Below are positions 1 to 8,410 of a stretch of DNA of 64,000 nucleotides, piece after piece. The translations under genes were made by a program, and so were the position numbers. The DNA is from Verrucomicrobiota bacterium (lineage in GTDB: Bacteria > Verrucomicrobiota > Verrucomicrobiia > Limisphaerales > SIBE01): NCBI GenBank assembly GCA_016871535.1, contig VHCZ01000004.1, positions 13,801-77,800 on the forward strand, in the 5' to 3' direction. How positions within the stretch are numbered: position 1 is the stretch's first letter; every line of letters begins with the position of its first letter. The notes below the pieces were generated by a model. The model worked only from the letters and a program-made list of their open reading frames with translations. It was not told where the DNA came from and did not search any database.

Positions 1-729
1 CGTGATCGCCGTGAGGTTCGAGAGCACGGGCCGGGTTTGATCGACGGTGCCGCTCATTTGCGCGAGGAGCCGCGAGCTATTGGAAAGGATGCCGGTCAAC
101 TGATTGGTCAGTCCGAGAATGGTGGGCATGGCCCGCTCGACCTGGTTGGCGATTCGCTCCAGCCGCTCGCCCAGCGCCGGTGATTCTTCGGCTGGAATCC
201 ACCACCCCTGCGGTTGTTTTTCCAGTTCCACGTAATCGCCCGGCTTGGAGCGGTCCTTGTTCAGCACGGCGATTTGTTTGCCTTCGACGACGCTGACTTC
301 TCCGGTGCTCCCCTTGAGCACTTCCAGCGTGCGCTTGCCCAGAAAATCCCCCGCGCCGATCCGGACGCGCGAATCGCTCCAGATATATCCGTAGTAAGGC
401 TCGCGAATCCGGAATCGGACGAACACGTTGTAGTTGTTTTCCGAAAACCAGTTCTTTCCTGCGGGCATCCCTTCGACCTGGATGATTTCGCCGACCTCGA
501 AGCCCATCAACCGCACCGGATCGCCCACTTTCAGACCCGTCGCGTCGCGGACGTAGGTGTGGTAGGGGATTTTGGTGAGGAACCAGCCTTTGCGTTTCGC
601 GGTGTGATAAACGTAGTAGCCGAACCCGCCCAGCAAAAGAAGCGTGGCCAGGATCACGAACCAGCCCACGGCCCGTTCCACCTGGCTGAGCCGGGTGCGC
701 AACTGCGGGGTCAAATCCTGAAGGGCCAT
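1..729 (-). CDS. MlaD/Mce-domain protein (C-terminal end runs off the left edge)
   Basis: Own translation from ATG at 729: MALQDLTPQLRTRLSQVERAVGWFVILATLLLLGGFGYYVYH (one TM helix), then GLKVGDPVRLMGFEVGEI, an Mce/MlaD-like core. Open for 243 codons to position 1. Absent from the ORF track because it has no in-window stop. Confidence 0.75.
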   Translation of the reverse strand, partial: MALQDLTPQLRTRLSQVERAVGWFVILATLLLLGGFGYYVYHTAKRKGWFLTKIPYHTYVRDATGLKVGDPVRLMGFEVGEIIQVEGMPAGKNWFSENNYNVFVRFRIREPYYGYIWSDSRVRIGAGDFLGKRTLEVLKGSTGEVSVVEGKQIAVLNKDRSKPGDYVELEKQPQGWWIPAEESPALGERLERIANQVERAMPTILGLTNQLTGILSNSSRLLAQMSGTVDQTRPVLSNLTAIT

Positions 730-914
730 GGTCGTAAACGAAGAACCACTGATCTGCGGTCATTCTCACCAATCCGAAAAGGCAATGCAATCGCCAGGTT
801 TCCAGCCCTCTCGTAGCGCAGCCGTCCCCGCTGCGAGTTCAGACGCTGTCTCGCCGCTCGGAAACTGGGCAGGACGCCCCTTGAACCCGCAGGCGAGGAC
901 GCCCGCGCTGCTTC

Positions 915-950
915 AAAAAAAATGCCCGCTCCGCTCCTTACGGAGCGGGC
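915..950 (-). terminator. Intrinsic terminator-like hairpin plus T-run on the minus strand
   Basis: Minus strand reads GCCCGCTCCG-TAAGGAG-CGGAGCGGGC-A-TTTTTTTT. The 10-bp GC stem is 924-933/941-950 and the 8-nt U-run is 915-922. Confidence 0.6.
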
Positions 951-1193
951 CACAGCGTTGAAGAGAAGGAGCTTTAAAAATAGCACGACCCGGACCAATT
1001 GCAAAAACGATTTCATTTCGGCCCGTCATTCTCATTTTGGCAAAGTAAGGCTGACTTGCAGTTGCGTGGAGTTGCCTTTTTTCCTGGCGTCGAGGGCAAA
1101 CGAGGGAGGCAGGCAAGATGCAGACCCTTAAGGCGCTCCCGCGTTGCTCGAATCTTCGTTTGCGCCTGCGAGCCAATCCAGTATGTTCTCCCC

Positions 1194-2600
1194 ATGCCGA
1201 CGGAAGCGCCACGCAGGCATTCGCATGGTCACGCCTTCACCTTTCTTAACGCGCGCGACCGGGAAGGTCTCACCGTCTTCAGCCGCCGCAGCGTGCTTAA
1301 AGCGGGCTTGGCCGGGTTCGCCGGGCTGACTTTCCCATCCTTGCTCAGGCTTCGCGCTGAATCTTCCGCGACCGGCGCCCCAATAAAGCCTAACAAAGCT
1401 GTGATCCTTCTCTGGATGACCGGCGGACCGTCGCACATCGACACCTGGGACGTGAAGCCGGACATGCCCTACGAGATTCGCGGCCCGTTCAAAGACATCC
1501 GCACCAAGCTGCCGGGCGTTCATGTTTGTGAATACTTCCCCAAACAGGCCGCGATGATGGGCCAGTTCACCCTGATCCGGTCGGTCGATTGCCGGGAGAG
1601 CAATCATGAGCCGAATCAGGTCATGCAAACGGCCAATCGGGCCGCCGAACCGCGCGTCAATCCGCAGGGCCATTTGTATCCAGCCATCGGTTCGGTCGTG
1701 GCGAAGCTGCGCGGGCCGAATCACCCCGGCATGCCGCCCTATGTCGTGCTCAACATGAAGAGCAAATCGCACGTGGCGTGGGGCGGTTACCTCGGCAAGC
1801 AGTTCGATCCCTTCGTCGGAAATAACGTTGAGAAGCTTTTCCAGCTCCCGGGCGCGCTGACCCTGGACCGTGTTCGCTCGCGCCGCACGCTTACGCAGCA
1901 GATGGACACACTGCGCGCGGAGCTGGATGCGACGGGCCAAATGGAAGCCATGGACCGCTTCGGCCAGCAGGCTTTCGACATCGTGGCCGGCGCGCGAGCG
2001 CGAGCCGCGTTCGACCTTTCCAGGGAACCGCTGAAAACCGTGGAACGCTATGGCGAACACGATTGGTGCCGCCAGGCCTTGCTGGCGCGAAGACTGGTGG
2101 AAGCAGGTGTGAGTTTCGTCACCATTGATCTGAGCAATCACTCCGCATCGGGCACCTGGGACACCCACGGCGACAACATCCCGCCTTACGGCGGCATCTG
2201 GAACGGGCTGCGCCCATTGCTCCCGGTCCTCGACCACCTCGTTACCACGCTCGTGTGCGATCTCCAAGAGCACGGTTTGTTGGACGATACGCTGGTCATT
2301 GCGATGGGCGAGTTTGGCCGCACTCCGAAGCTCGGCACGCAGGGCAGCACGGATGGCCGCGATCATTGGCCCGTCGTGTCGTCGATGCTGATGGCGGGAG
2401 GCGGGTTCCGCCACGGACAATTGATCGGCGCGACGACGCGCGATGGCGGCGAGATCGCCGAGCGCCCGGTGACGCCTGGGGACATCGCGGCGACGATCTA
2501 CCACCATTTCGGCGTTCCGCTGGACGCTGCGTATCTGGATCATCAAGGCCGGCCGCTGCGCATCGTGGAACACGGCGAACCGATTCGGGAGTTCATTTAG
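1194..2600 (+). CDS. DUF1501 (sulfatase-fold) protein with Tat-type signal
   Basis: ATG at 1194 inside ORF 999..2600. SRRSVLKAGLAGFAG twin-arginine leader. LLWMTGGPSHIDTWDVKP, GEFGRTP, GRDHWP and AGGG motifs are typical of DUF1501. Confidence 0.9.
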   Translation: MPTEAPRRHSHGHAFTFLNARDREGLTVFSRRSVLKAGLAGFAGLTFPSLLRLRAESSATGAPIKPNKAVILLWMTGGPSHIDTWDVKPDMPYEIRGPFKDIRTKLPGVHVCEYFPKQAAMMGQFTLIRSVDCRESNHEPNQVMQTANRAAEPRVNPQGHLYPAIGSVVAKLRGPNHPGMPPYVVLNMKSKSHVAWGGYLGKQFDPFVGNNVEKLFQLPGALTLDRVRSRRTLTQQMDTLRAELDATGQMEAMDRFGQQAFDIVAGARARAAFDLSREPLKTVERYGEHDWCRQALLARRLVEAGVSFVTIDLSNHSASGTWDTHGDNIPPYGGIWNGLRPLLPVLDHLVTTLVCDLQEHGLLDDTLVIAMGEFGRTPKLGTQGSTDGRDHWPVVSSMLMAGGGFRHGQLIGATTRDGGEIAERPVTPGDIAATIYHHFGVPLDAAYLDHQGRPLRIVEHGEPIREFI

Positions 2601-2751
2601 ACCCGTTGAACTGAAAGCAGGCAAACCGCAGCAAGTCATCTCGCCACAAGCACAGATTTGTGAGAATTCGTGAAATTCGTGTCAACCTCAGGTTTTCGCC
2701 TTCGGGCATGACATCGCTCGTCCATCGCGGAGGGCTTGTTCCGCTTACGAT

Positions 2752-2982
2752 GTGCTCGGAATCCTGCTGCACGAAGCGGAAGACCGAATTCGAGAAGTTT
2801 TCTATCAGAACTGGGGCGACAGCATCGTCGGCTGCTTCAAGGCTGCGGAACGCTCCGGATTGCTGGATCTGGATCGCGCGACGAATCCAGGCCGGTGGAA
2901 GAGCTTTGAGCAACTGGCCCAGCAGGTGGAGGCTTACTTCGAGGCTCAGGCCCGCGCCGCCGAGGGACAGAAGCGGAAGTAA
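2752..2982 (+). CDS. Hypothetical small protein (GTG start; weak)
   Basis: 76-codon ORF with a protein-like composition and no recognised motif. It is followed by a heptamer array. Confidence 0.25.
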   Translation: MLGILLHEAEDRIREVFYQNWGDSIVGCFKAAERSGLLDLDRATNPGRWKSFEQLAQQVEAYFEAQARAAEGQKRK

Positions 2983-2983
2983 T

Positions 2984-3011
2984 CGGTAGTCAGTAGTCAG
3001 CGATCAGTAGC
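2984..3011. repeat. Heptamer tandem array (TCGGTAG/TCAGTAG/TCAGCGA/TCAGTAG)
   Basis: Four consecutive 7-nt units read directly from the sequence. Confidence 0.6.
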
Positions 3012-3029
3012 AACGAGAGGAGGCGCAAC

Positions 3030-4232
3030 TCACAGTTTGACTCGGCCTGCGACTTGCGCCACGTCTTTGTCTCCCCGGCCTGACAGATTCACGATGATCA
3101 ACTGATCCTTCGGCAAGGCCGGTGCGCGTTTGATGACCTCGGCCACAGCGTGGGCGGATTCCAAAGCGGGAATGATGCCCTCCAGCCGCGCCAGTTTGGT
3201 GAAGGCTTCCAGCGCTTCACGATCGGTCGCATAGGAATACTCGACCCGCTTTTGATCGCGCAGCCACGCGTGTTCCGGCCCGACGGCCGCGTAATCCAGC
3301 CCGGCGGAGACACTGTGCGTGAGCTGAATTTGGCCGTCTTCATCCTGCAACAGAAAGGAGCGCGTCCCTTGAAGCACACCGAGCGAACCGCCCTGAAACC
3401 GCGCCGCATGTTTGCCGGAAACAATTCCTTCTCCGCCGGCCTCGACGCCCACCATGAGAACGGTGGGGTCGTTCAAGAACGGAAAAAAAAGTCCCATCGC
3501 GTTCGAACCGCCGCCGACGCACGCGACCAACAAATCTGGCAAGCGCTCTTCCTTTTCCAAAATCTGTCGCCGCGCTTCGTCCCCGATGATGCGCTGAAAA
3601 TTCCGCACCATGACGGGATACGGATGCGCGCCGTAGGCCGTGCCCAGGATGTAATGCGTGGTCCGGACGTTCGTCACCCAGTCGCGCATGGCTTCGTTGA
3701 TGGCTTCTTTGAGCGTCTTCTGTCCGGCGGTCACGGGCACGACTTCCGCGCCGAGCATCTTCATGCGATACACGTTCAACGCCTGGCGCTCGCAATCCAC
3801 GGCCCCCATGTAGATCGCGCATTTCAAACCGAACATTGCCGCCACGGTCGCAGTCGCCACGCCGTGCTGGCCGGCGCCAGTCTCGGCAATGATGCGCGAC
3901 TTGCCCATGCGCTTCGCCAGAAGGATTTGCCCGATGCAATTGTTGATCTTGTGCGCGCCGGTGTGCAGCAAATCCTCGCGTTTGAGATAAATCTTCGCCC
4001 CGCGCAGTTCCTGGGTAAGGCGTTCCGCGAAGTAAAGCGGCGTGGGACGCCCGCAAAACTCCCGGAGATAGTATTGAAACTCGCGCTGGAACTCCGGATC
4101 ACTCTGCGACCGGAGGTACTCGTCTTCCAATTCCTGAAGAGGATGCACGAGCGTTTCCGGCACGAAACGCCCACCGTACGGCCCGAAGTGCCCTTGGGCG
4201 TCAGGCACGGGGGTTGAGGCGACTGAACTCAT
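3030..4232 (-). CDS. trpB: Tryptophan synthase beta chain
   Basis: [28 protein letters not shown]..., HTGAHKINN (PLP lysine motif), [11 protein letters not shown] at 4232; the upstream part of ORF 3030..4373 runs through repeats. Confidence 0.95.
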   Translation of the reverse strand: MSSVASTPVPDAQGHFGPYGGRFVPETLVHPLQELEDEYLRSQSDPEFQREFQYYLREFCGRPTPLYFAERLTQELRGAKIYLKREDLLHTGAHKINNCIGQILLAKRMGKSRIIAETGAGQHGVATATVAAMFGLKCAIYMGAVDCERQALNVYRMKMLGAEVVPVTAGQKTLKEAINEAMRDWVTNVRTTHYILGTAYGAHPYPVMVRNFQRIIGDEARRQILEKEERLPDLLVACVGGGSNAMGLFFPFLNDPTVLMVGVEAGGEGIVSGKHAARFQGGSLGVLQGTRSFLLQDEDGQIQLTHSVSAGLDYAAVGPEHAWLRDQKRVEYSYATDREALEAFTKLARLEGIIPALESAHAVAEVIKRAPALPKDQLIIVNLSGRGDKDVAQVAGRVKL

Positions 4233-4312
4233 GGCGCGAACGTAGCGGAACGCGTGCAGGGGAGAAAGGGGGAAAGTGGGCGACGGACGGTGCATCCACA
4301 AGTTTATCAGTG

Positions 4313-4453
4313 GCCGTAGCGCAGATTTCCAATCTGCTGTATCGCCGATTTGTAATCGGCATCGCGTCCGCAAGCTCCCAGGTCCGTGGACTTGTCAGCG
4401 GTTCGCAGAATGCGATTCGGCGATACGGCAGAGTGCAACTCTGCGCTACGAGG
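4313..4453. repeat. RepF palindromic element (GTAGCGCAGATTTCCAATCTGC...GCAGAGTGCAACTCTGCGCTAC)
   Basis: Arms of about 35 nt form an inverted repeat. They contain 7-bp-stem mini-hairpins (GCAGATT-TCC-AATCTGC, GCCGATT-TGT-AATCGGC, GCAGAGT-GCA-ACTCTGC). Confidence 0.6.
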
Positions 4454-4496
4454 ACGGAATCACCGCCAATTTGTGGATGCGCTGGGCGACGGGTAA

Positions 4497-4584
4497 CCCC
4501 TCAGTTAACCACGATGGAGCGACGCTCCTGCGGAGCTTTTTCATCGATGGCATTGGTTCGGCAGGAGCCTCGCCCCACTGACGG
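4497..4584. repeat. RepC palindromic element
   Basis: CCCCTCAGTTAAC..GGAGCGACGCTCCTGCGGAGC-loop-TTCGGCAGGAGCCTCGCCCC. The same unit is seen at 15595, 30475, 40424 and 48301. Confidence 0.7.
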
Positions 4585-4589
4585 CCATT

Positions 4590-5219
4590 TCATTCGAGGG
4601 CTGCTTTGGCTGCGGCGATGAAATCCCGAACTTTCCCGGGATTCTTTTTCCCCGGCGCCACTTCGACGCCGCTGGACACGTCCACCCCGTAAGGCCGCAC
4701 CTGACGGACCGCCTCGCGGATGTTCTCCGGTGTCAAGCCCCCGGCCAGAATGACTCTCCGGCTGAGCGTCGTCGCGCGTCTGGCGAGCTCCCAGTTGAAT
4801 CGTTCGCCGGTTCCTCCCAGTTTTCCCGGCACGAACGCGTCGAGCAACCAGGCTTCGGTTTCATATGCCGCCATCGTTTGCAGCGATGTCTCGTCCCGAA
4901 CTCGGAAGGCTTTGATCACCGCCGCTCGGAATTTCCGGCAAAAATCAGGCGGCTCGTCGCCATGAAATTGCAGCGTGTCCAACCCGCAAGATTCCACCGC
5001 CCTTCCGACCGTCTCTTGGTCGGCATTCACGAAGACTCCGACCCTCGCCACGAACGGCGGCAAGGCTCGGATGATTTCGGCTGCGGCGTGTTCGGAGACG
5101 CAGCGCGGGCTCTTCGCGTAAAACATGAAACCCAAAGCGTCGGCGCCGGCGTCCACGGCGGCGAGCGCATCCGGAAGATTGGTAACGCCGCAGATTTTGA
5201 CTTTTGGAATCATGGGCAT
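4590..5219 (-). CDS. trpF: Phosphoribosylanthranilate isomerase
   Basis: MPMIPKVKICGVTNLPDALAAVDAGADALGFMFYAKSPR..., 209 aa, typical TrpF. ATG at 5219; the longer ORF to 5738 is a spurious extension. Confidence 0.9.
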   Translation of the reverse strand: MPMIPKVKICGVTNLPDALAAVDAGADALGFMFYAKSPRCVSEHAAAEIIRALPPFVARVGVFVNADQETVGRAVESCGLDTLQFHGDEPPDFCRKFRAAVIKAFRVRDETSLQTMAAYETEAWLLDAFVPGKLGGTGERFNWELARRATTLSRRVILAGGLTPENIREAVRQVRPYGVDVSSGVEVAPGKKNPGKVRDFIAAAKAALE

Positions 5220-5344
5220 GAATCGCTCCCGCGACCGTGCAACTTTCCGCCGCCGAGATAGGGTCTCCAACGCTGTTGAATTACGAGCAACGAAGTCTTG
5301 AGACTCATGGGCAGGGGAAACCCATAATGACGGTCTGGCGCAGG

Positions 5345-6412
5345 TTAGCCCCCAATGCAGCTCATGCTGCGTTCGGGCTGCACGAAATCCGGCTCGCCAA
5401 TGTGATGGCGCGCTTCCTTTTGCCAGACGATCCCTCGAATCGCCTCTGCGATTTGCTCGTCCGCCGCGCCGCCGCGCAAAAGGCCTTTCACGTCGTGTTC
5501 GTGCAGACTGAACAAACAGGTCCGAATCTTGCCGTCGGCCGTCAGACGAATGCGGTTGCAGTGGCCGCAGAAAGGTTCCGTGACCGGGGCGATGATGCCA
5601 ACTTCGCCGCGTCCATCCTCGAAACGCCACCGCCGCGCGGTCTCGGAAGGATTGGCAGATGGAACCGGACGGAGCGTGAATTTCGCCTGCAGGCGGCCCA
5701 GGATCTCCCGTCCAGGAACAACCAGATCTTTGAGCCAAGCGCGCCCCGAATCCAACGGCATGAATTCAATGAACCGAAAACTGAGGTTCCGTTTTCGCGC
5801 CAGCTCCGCCAGGTTTTCGATCTCATGATCGTTGATGCCGCGAATGATCACGGCGTTCACTTTCACGGGATTCAACCCGATCTCTTGCGCGCGGGCGATC
5901 CCACTCAAGACTTCGCCCAGGCCGTCGCGCCCGGTGATTTTCTTGAAATTGTCTCGATCCAACGAATCGAGGCTAAAGCTGATTCGCCGGAGCCCGGCGG
6001 CTTGGAGCGCCCCGGCTTTCCGCAGGAAGAGAAAGCCGTTGGTGGTCATCGCCAAATCTTCAAGGCCCGAAATGCGGGCGAGCTTGCCGACCAGGATTTC
6101 CACCCCCTGCCGCAGCAACGGTTCGCCGCCCGTCAGGCGGACCTTTAGAATGCCCAGTTGGACTGCGAGCCGCACGAGCCGTTCGATCTCCTCGAAACTC
6201 AAGATTTCCGACCGCGGCTTCCAGTCCGGCAAACGCGAGGTCGGCGGATTGGGGTTGCGTTGCGGATCGAACTTGGTCCGGTAGAAATGGGCCGCTTCCT
6301 CGGTTTCCGGCAGGCAATAGAGGCAACGAAAATTACAGCGGTCGGTCAGGCTGACGCGCAGATCGCGCATCACGCGGCCGAAGGAATCCGAAAGCGCAGC
6401 CGGATGCGTCAT
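5345..6412 (-). CDS. moaA: GTP 3',8-cyclase (radical SAM, Moco biosynthesis)
   Basis: LRVSLTDRCNFRCLYCLPE (CxxxCxxC), VRLTGGEPLLR, C-terminal CGHCNRIRLTADGK and a terminal GG. Its ATG at 6412 overlaps the stop of the upstream gene (ATGA). Confidence 0.95.
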   Translation of the reverse strand: MTHPAALSDSFGRVMRDLRVSLTDRCNFRCLYCLPETEEAAHFYRTKFDPQRNPNPPTSRLPDWKPRSEILSFEEIERLVRLAVQLGILKVRLTGGEPLLRQGVEILVGKLARISGLEDLAMTTNGFLFLRKAGALQAAGLRRISFSLDSLDRDNFKKITGRDGLGEVLSGIARAQEIGLNPVKVNAVIIRGINDHEIENLAELARKRNLSFRFIEFMPLDSGRAWLKDLVVPGREILGRLQAKFTLRPVPSANPSETARRWRFEDGRGEVGIIAPVTEPFCGHCNRIRLTADGKIRTCLFSLHEHDVKGLLRGGAADEQIAEAIRGIVWQKEARHHIGEPDFVQPERSMSCIGG

Positions 6413-7191
6413 TTGCGCGGAGGCACATTGGTCGCCGGGGCGTTGGTCAGCGGAGGAATGACGCGGATGGTTCCTTCGCGCGTGAGTTCGACGTTCAGAT
6501 TGTAATTGGTCTGCGTCGGCGCGGCGGCAAAGCCTTTCTGCAACAATTCTCCGCCCTTCGAGAAGCTGCCGTAAAGGCCGCGGCGAATCCATTCCAGGCG
6601 GCGAGTGATCGACAACTCGTCGCGCAGCTTGCGCACCTGATCCCGGAGCAACGCCAGATCATTGAATTGACGCTCGAGTTCGGCCTTCTCCGTTTGCAGG
6701 CGCTTGAGTTCTTTGAGCAGAAAATCCCGGTCGCCCTCCGAGGCTTCGAGTTTTCGCTGTGTGTCGGCAATCAGTGTTTCGAGGTTCCCGATCTTGCCGG
6801 TCAAATCCGCCATCTTCTTGGTATAGGCATCGCGATCGGCTTCCAATCGTGCGATCTCGGCGTCGCGCTTGAGAATTTCGGCTTTTGCGACCTCGGCCGC
6901 GGCTTTGGCATCCGCCTGGGTTTTGTCCAACGTGGCCGTGGTGGAGGCCAGCCGGTTCGAGAAGCTTTTGAGTTCATCGGTCTGCGCCGCGAAATCGCGT
7001 TCCAAACTCAGATTCACCAGTTTTTGCTCTTCCAGTTTCATCGTGGTTTCGGCCACGGTGTTGGACAGTTGCTGAATCGTCGCCGTATCCTTCTTCTTTT
7101 CCTCGACCGACATCTTATGGCGATAGAACAGCCCGCCTCCCAGAACCAGGGCAATCATGAACAAGAATGCGGCCGCCGTTTTAGAATTCAT
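6409..7191 (-). CDS. Membrane-anchored coiled-coil protein, function unknown
   Basis: N-terminal TM helix (AAAFLFMIALVLGGGLFY) followed by about 180 aa of heptad-rich, charged sequence. Translationally coupled to moaA. Confidence 0.7.
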   Translation of the reverse strand: MNSKTAAAFLFMIALVLGGGLFYRHKMSVEEKKKDTATIQQLSNTVAETTMKLEEQKLVNLSLERDFAAQTDELKSFSNRLASTTATLDKTQADAKAAAEVAKAEILKRDAEIARLEADRDAYTKKMADLTGKIGNLETLIADTQRKLEASEGDRDFLLKELKRLQTEKAELERQFNDLALLRDQVRKLRDELSITRRLEWIRRGLYGSFSKGGELLQKGFAAAPTQTNYNLNVELTREGTIRVIPPLTNAPATNVPPRK

Positions 7192-7277
7192 AACACGAGC
7201 ACGATGCTTGGATTGACCTGGTTTGGCAAGCCCGCATCTTCGCTTGAATAACCGACGATTCTTCCTAAATTGTATTC

Positions 7278-7967
7278 ATGCAATTGCCCAGCGAGGTCCC
7301 GGTCATGACCCTGCCGAACGCGACGCTGTTCCCGCAGGCCATGCTGCCGCTCTACATCTTCGAGACTCGTTACCGGAAGATGCTTTCCGACGCGCTCAAT
7401 TCTCATCGCATGTTCACCGTCGCAATGCAGCGAACGGGCCGCGCGCGCGAAACTCCCTCCGGCATCGGCGGGCTGGGCCTCATCCGCGCCTCCATCTCCA
7501 ATCGCGACGGCACTTCTCATCTCATCTTGCAGGGGATCACGCGGGTCGAACTGGCCGAAGTGGTCCGTTACAAACCGTACCGCGTTCAGCGCATCCGGCC
7601 CCTTCACACCACGGGGCGCGACAGTGTGGCGGTGGATGCGCTCAGCGCGAAAGTTCTGGAGCTGGTCGCGCAGCGGCTTGAGCAAGGCCTTGATCTTCCG
7701 GTCCACGTGCTCAAGCAACTTCGCCAACTCGAAGAAGCGAGCGAGGACGCCGCCGCGCCCGTATTCTCCTTGAAGCAAGTGATTAAATACCTGGTGAAAC
7801 TGCGGGATCCGGACCAGCTCGCCGACCTGGTGTCCTGCACGCTGCTCCCGAAATCCACGGATCGTCAGACCATCCTGGAAGCCACGAACCTCGAAAACCG
7901 CCTGAAACATCTCGTCCATTTCTTGATCGCGGAGATTCGACGCCACCGAAAGCAGGACAACGCATGA
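7278..7967 (+). CDS. LON N-terminal (substrate-binding) domain protein
   Basis: MTLPNATLFPQAMLPLYIFETRYRKML matches the Lon N-domain start (LPLFPL..LHIFEPRY pattern). Confidence 0.85.
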   Translation: MQLPSEVPVMTLPNATLFPQAMLPLYIFETRYRKMLSDALNSHRMFTVAMQRTGRARETPSGIGGLGLIRASISNRDGTSHLILQGITRVELAEVVRYKPYRVQRIRPLHTTGRDSVAVDALSAKVLELVAQRLEQGLDLPVHVLKQLRQLEEASEDAAAPVFSLKQVIKYLVKLRDPDQLADLVSCTLLPKSTDRQTILEATNLENRLKHLVHFLIAEIRRHRKQDNA

Positions 7968-8401
7968 GCTCGACCGATCTGCCTGAGAAAGATGCTGCCC
8001 CGTTGAGCCAGGAGGAAATGACTTCGGCGCTTTTTGCGAACCTGGTGATTCAACAAACCAACATGGCGCTGATGTTCCTCGGACGCGTTCCCCATCCGGA
8101 AACGGGCGAAACCATCCAGGACATCGACTCCGCCCGGATGCTGATCGACCAGTTGGAAATGCTGGAGGTCAAAACCCGCGGGAATCTCAACAAGAACGAG
8201 GCCAGTCTGCTGAAACAAAGCCTGACTTCGCTGCGCATGTCGTTCGTCCAGGCCGTCGAGAATCCTCAACCGGCGCCTTCGACCGCCAAAGCCCAACCGC
8301 AATCTGAATCCGTCTGCGACGCCGCGGCTTCGGCATCCTCTCTTTCAACGCCCCCACCCGCCGACGAAGAATCCCGCAAAAAATTCACCAAGCGGTATTG
8401 A
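7964..8401 (+). CDS. DUF1844-like protein
   Basis: LFANLVIQQTNMALMFLGRVPHPETGE...DIDSARMLIDQLEMLEVKTRGNL fits the DUF1844 pattern as I recall it. ATGA overlap with the previous gene. Confidence 0.7.
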   Translation: MSSTDLPEKDAAPLSQEEMTSALFANLVIQQTNMALMFLGRVPHPETGETIQDIDSARMLIDQLEMLEVKTRGNLNKNEASLLKQSLTSLRMSFVQAVENPQPAPSTAKAQPQSESVCDAAASASSLSTPPPADEESRKKFTKRY

Positions 8402-8410
8402 AATGAACCC

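Noticed and set aside
1128-2639. Long antisense ORFs shadowing real genes. Examples: 1128..2639(-), 3150..4217(+), 23596..24738(-), 31540..32586(-), 41168..42874(-), 45399..47084(+), 53354..54619(-), 58244..59170(-), 61654..62889(+).
   Set aside because: These are typical high-GC shadow frames. Their translations are Arg/Ala/Gly-rich with no motifs, while the opposite strand encodes proteins with clear family signatures.
4308-4380. tRNA-like start GGCCGTAGCGCAGATTTCC...
   Set aside because: There is no T-arm (GGTTCGAATCC-like) or acceptor-stem complement. The sequence is the left arm of the RepF palindrome.
4233-5738. N-terminal extensions of track ORFs: 3030..4373, 4590..5738, 5345..6592, 8411..11323, 34496..37732, 13502..15571.
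   Set aside because: The extensions cross palindromic repeats or neighbouring genes and lack similarity to the families. Internal starts give canonical N-termini or signal peptides.
6413-6600. Moco riboswitch expected upstream of moaA.
   Set aside because: The moaA start overlaps the stop of the upstream coiled-coil gene (ATGA), which leaves no leader for a riboswitch.
7188-7946. A 252-aa minus-strand ORF opposite the LON N-domain gene.
   Set aside because: The plus-strand product has a clear Lon N-terminal signature and is coupled to the DUF1844 gene. The minus-strand frame has no recognisable features.
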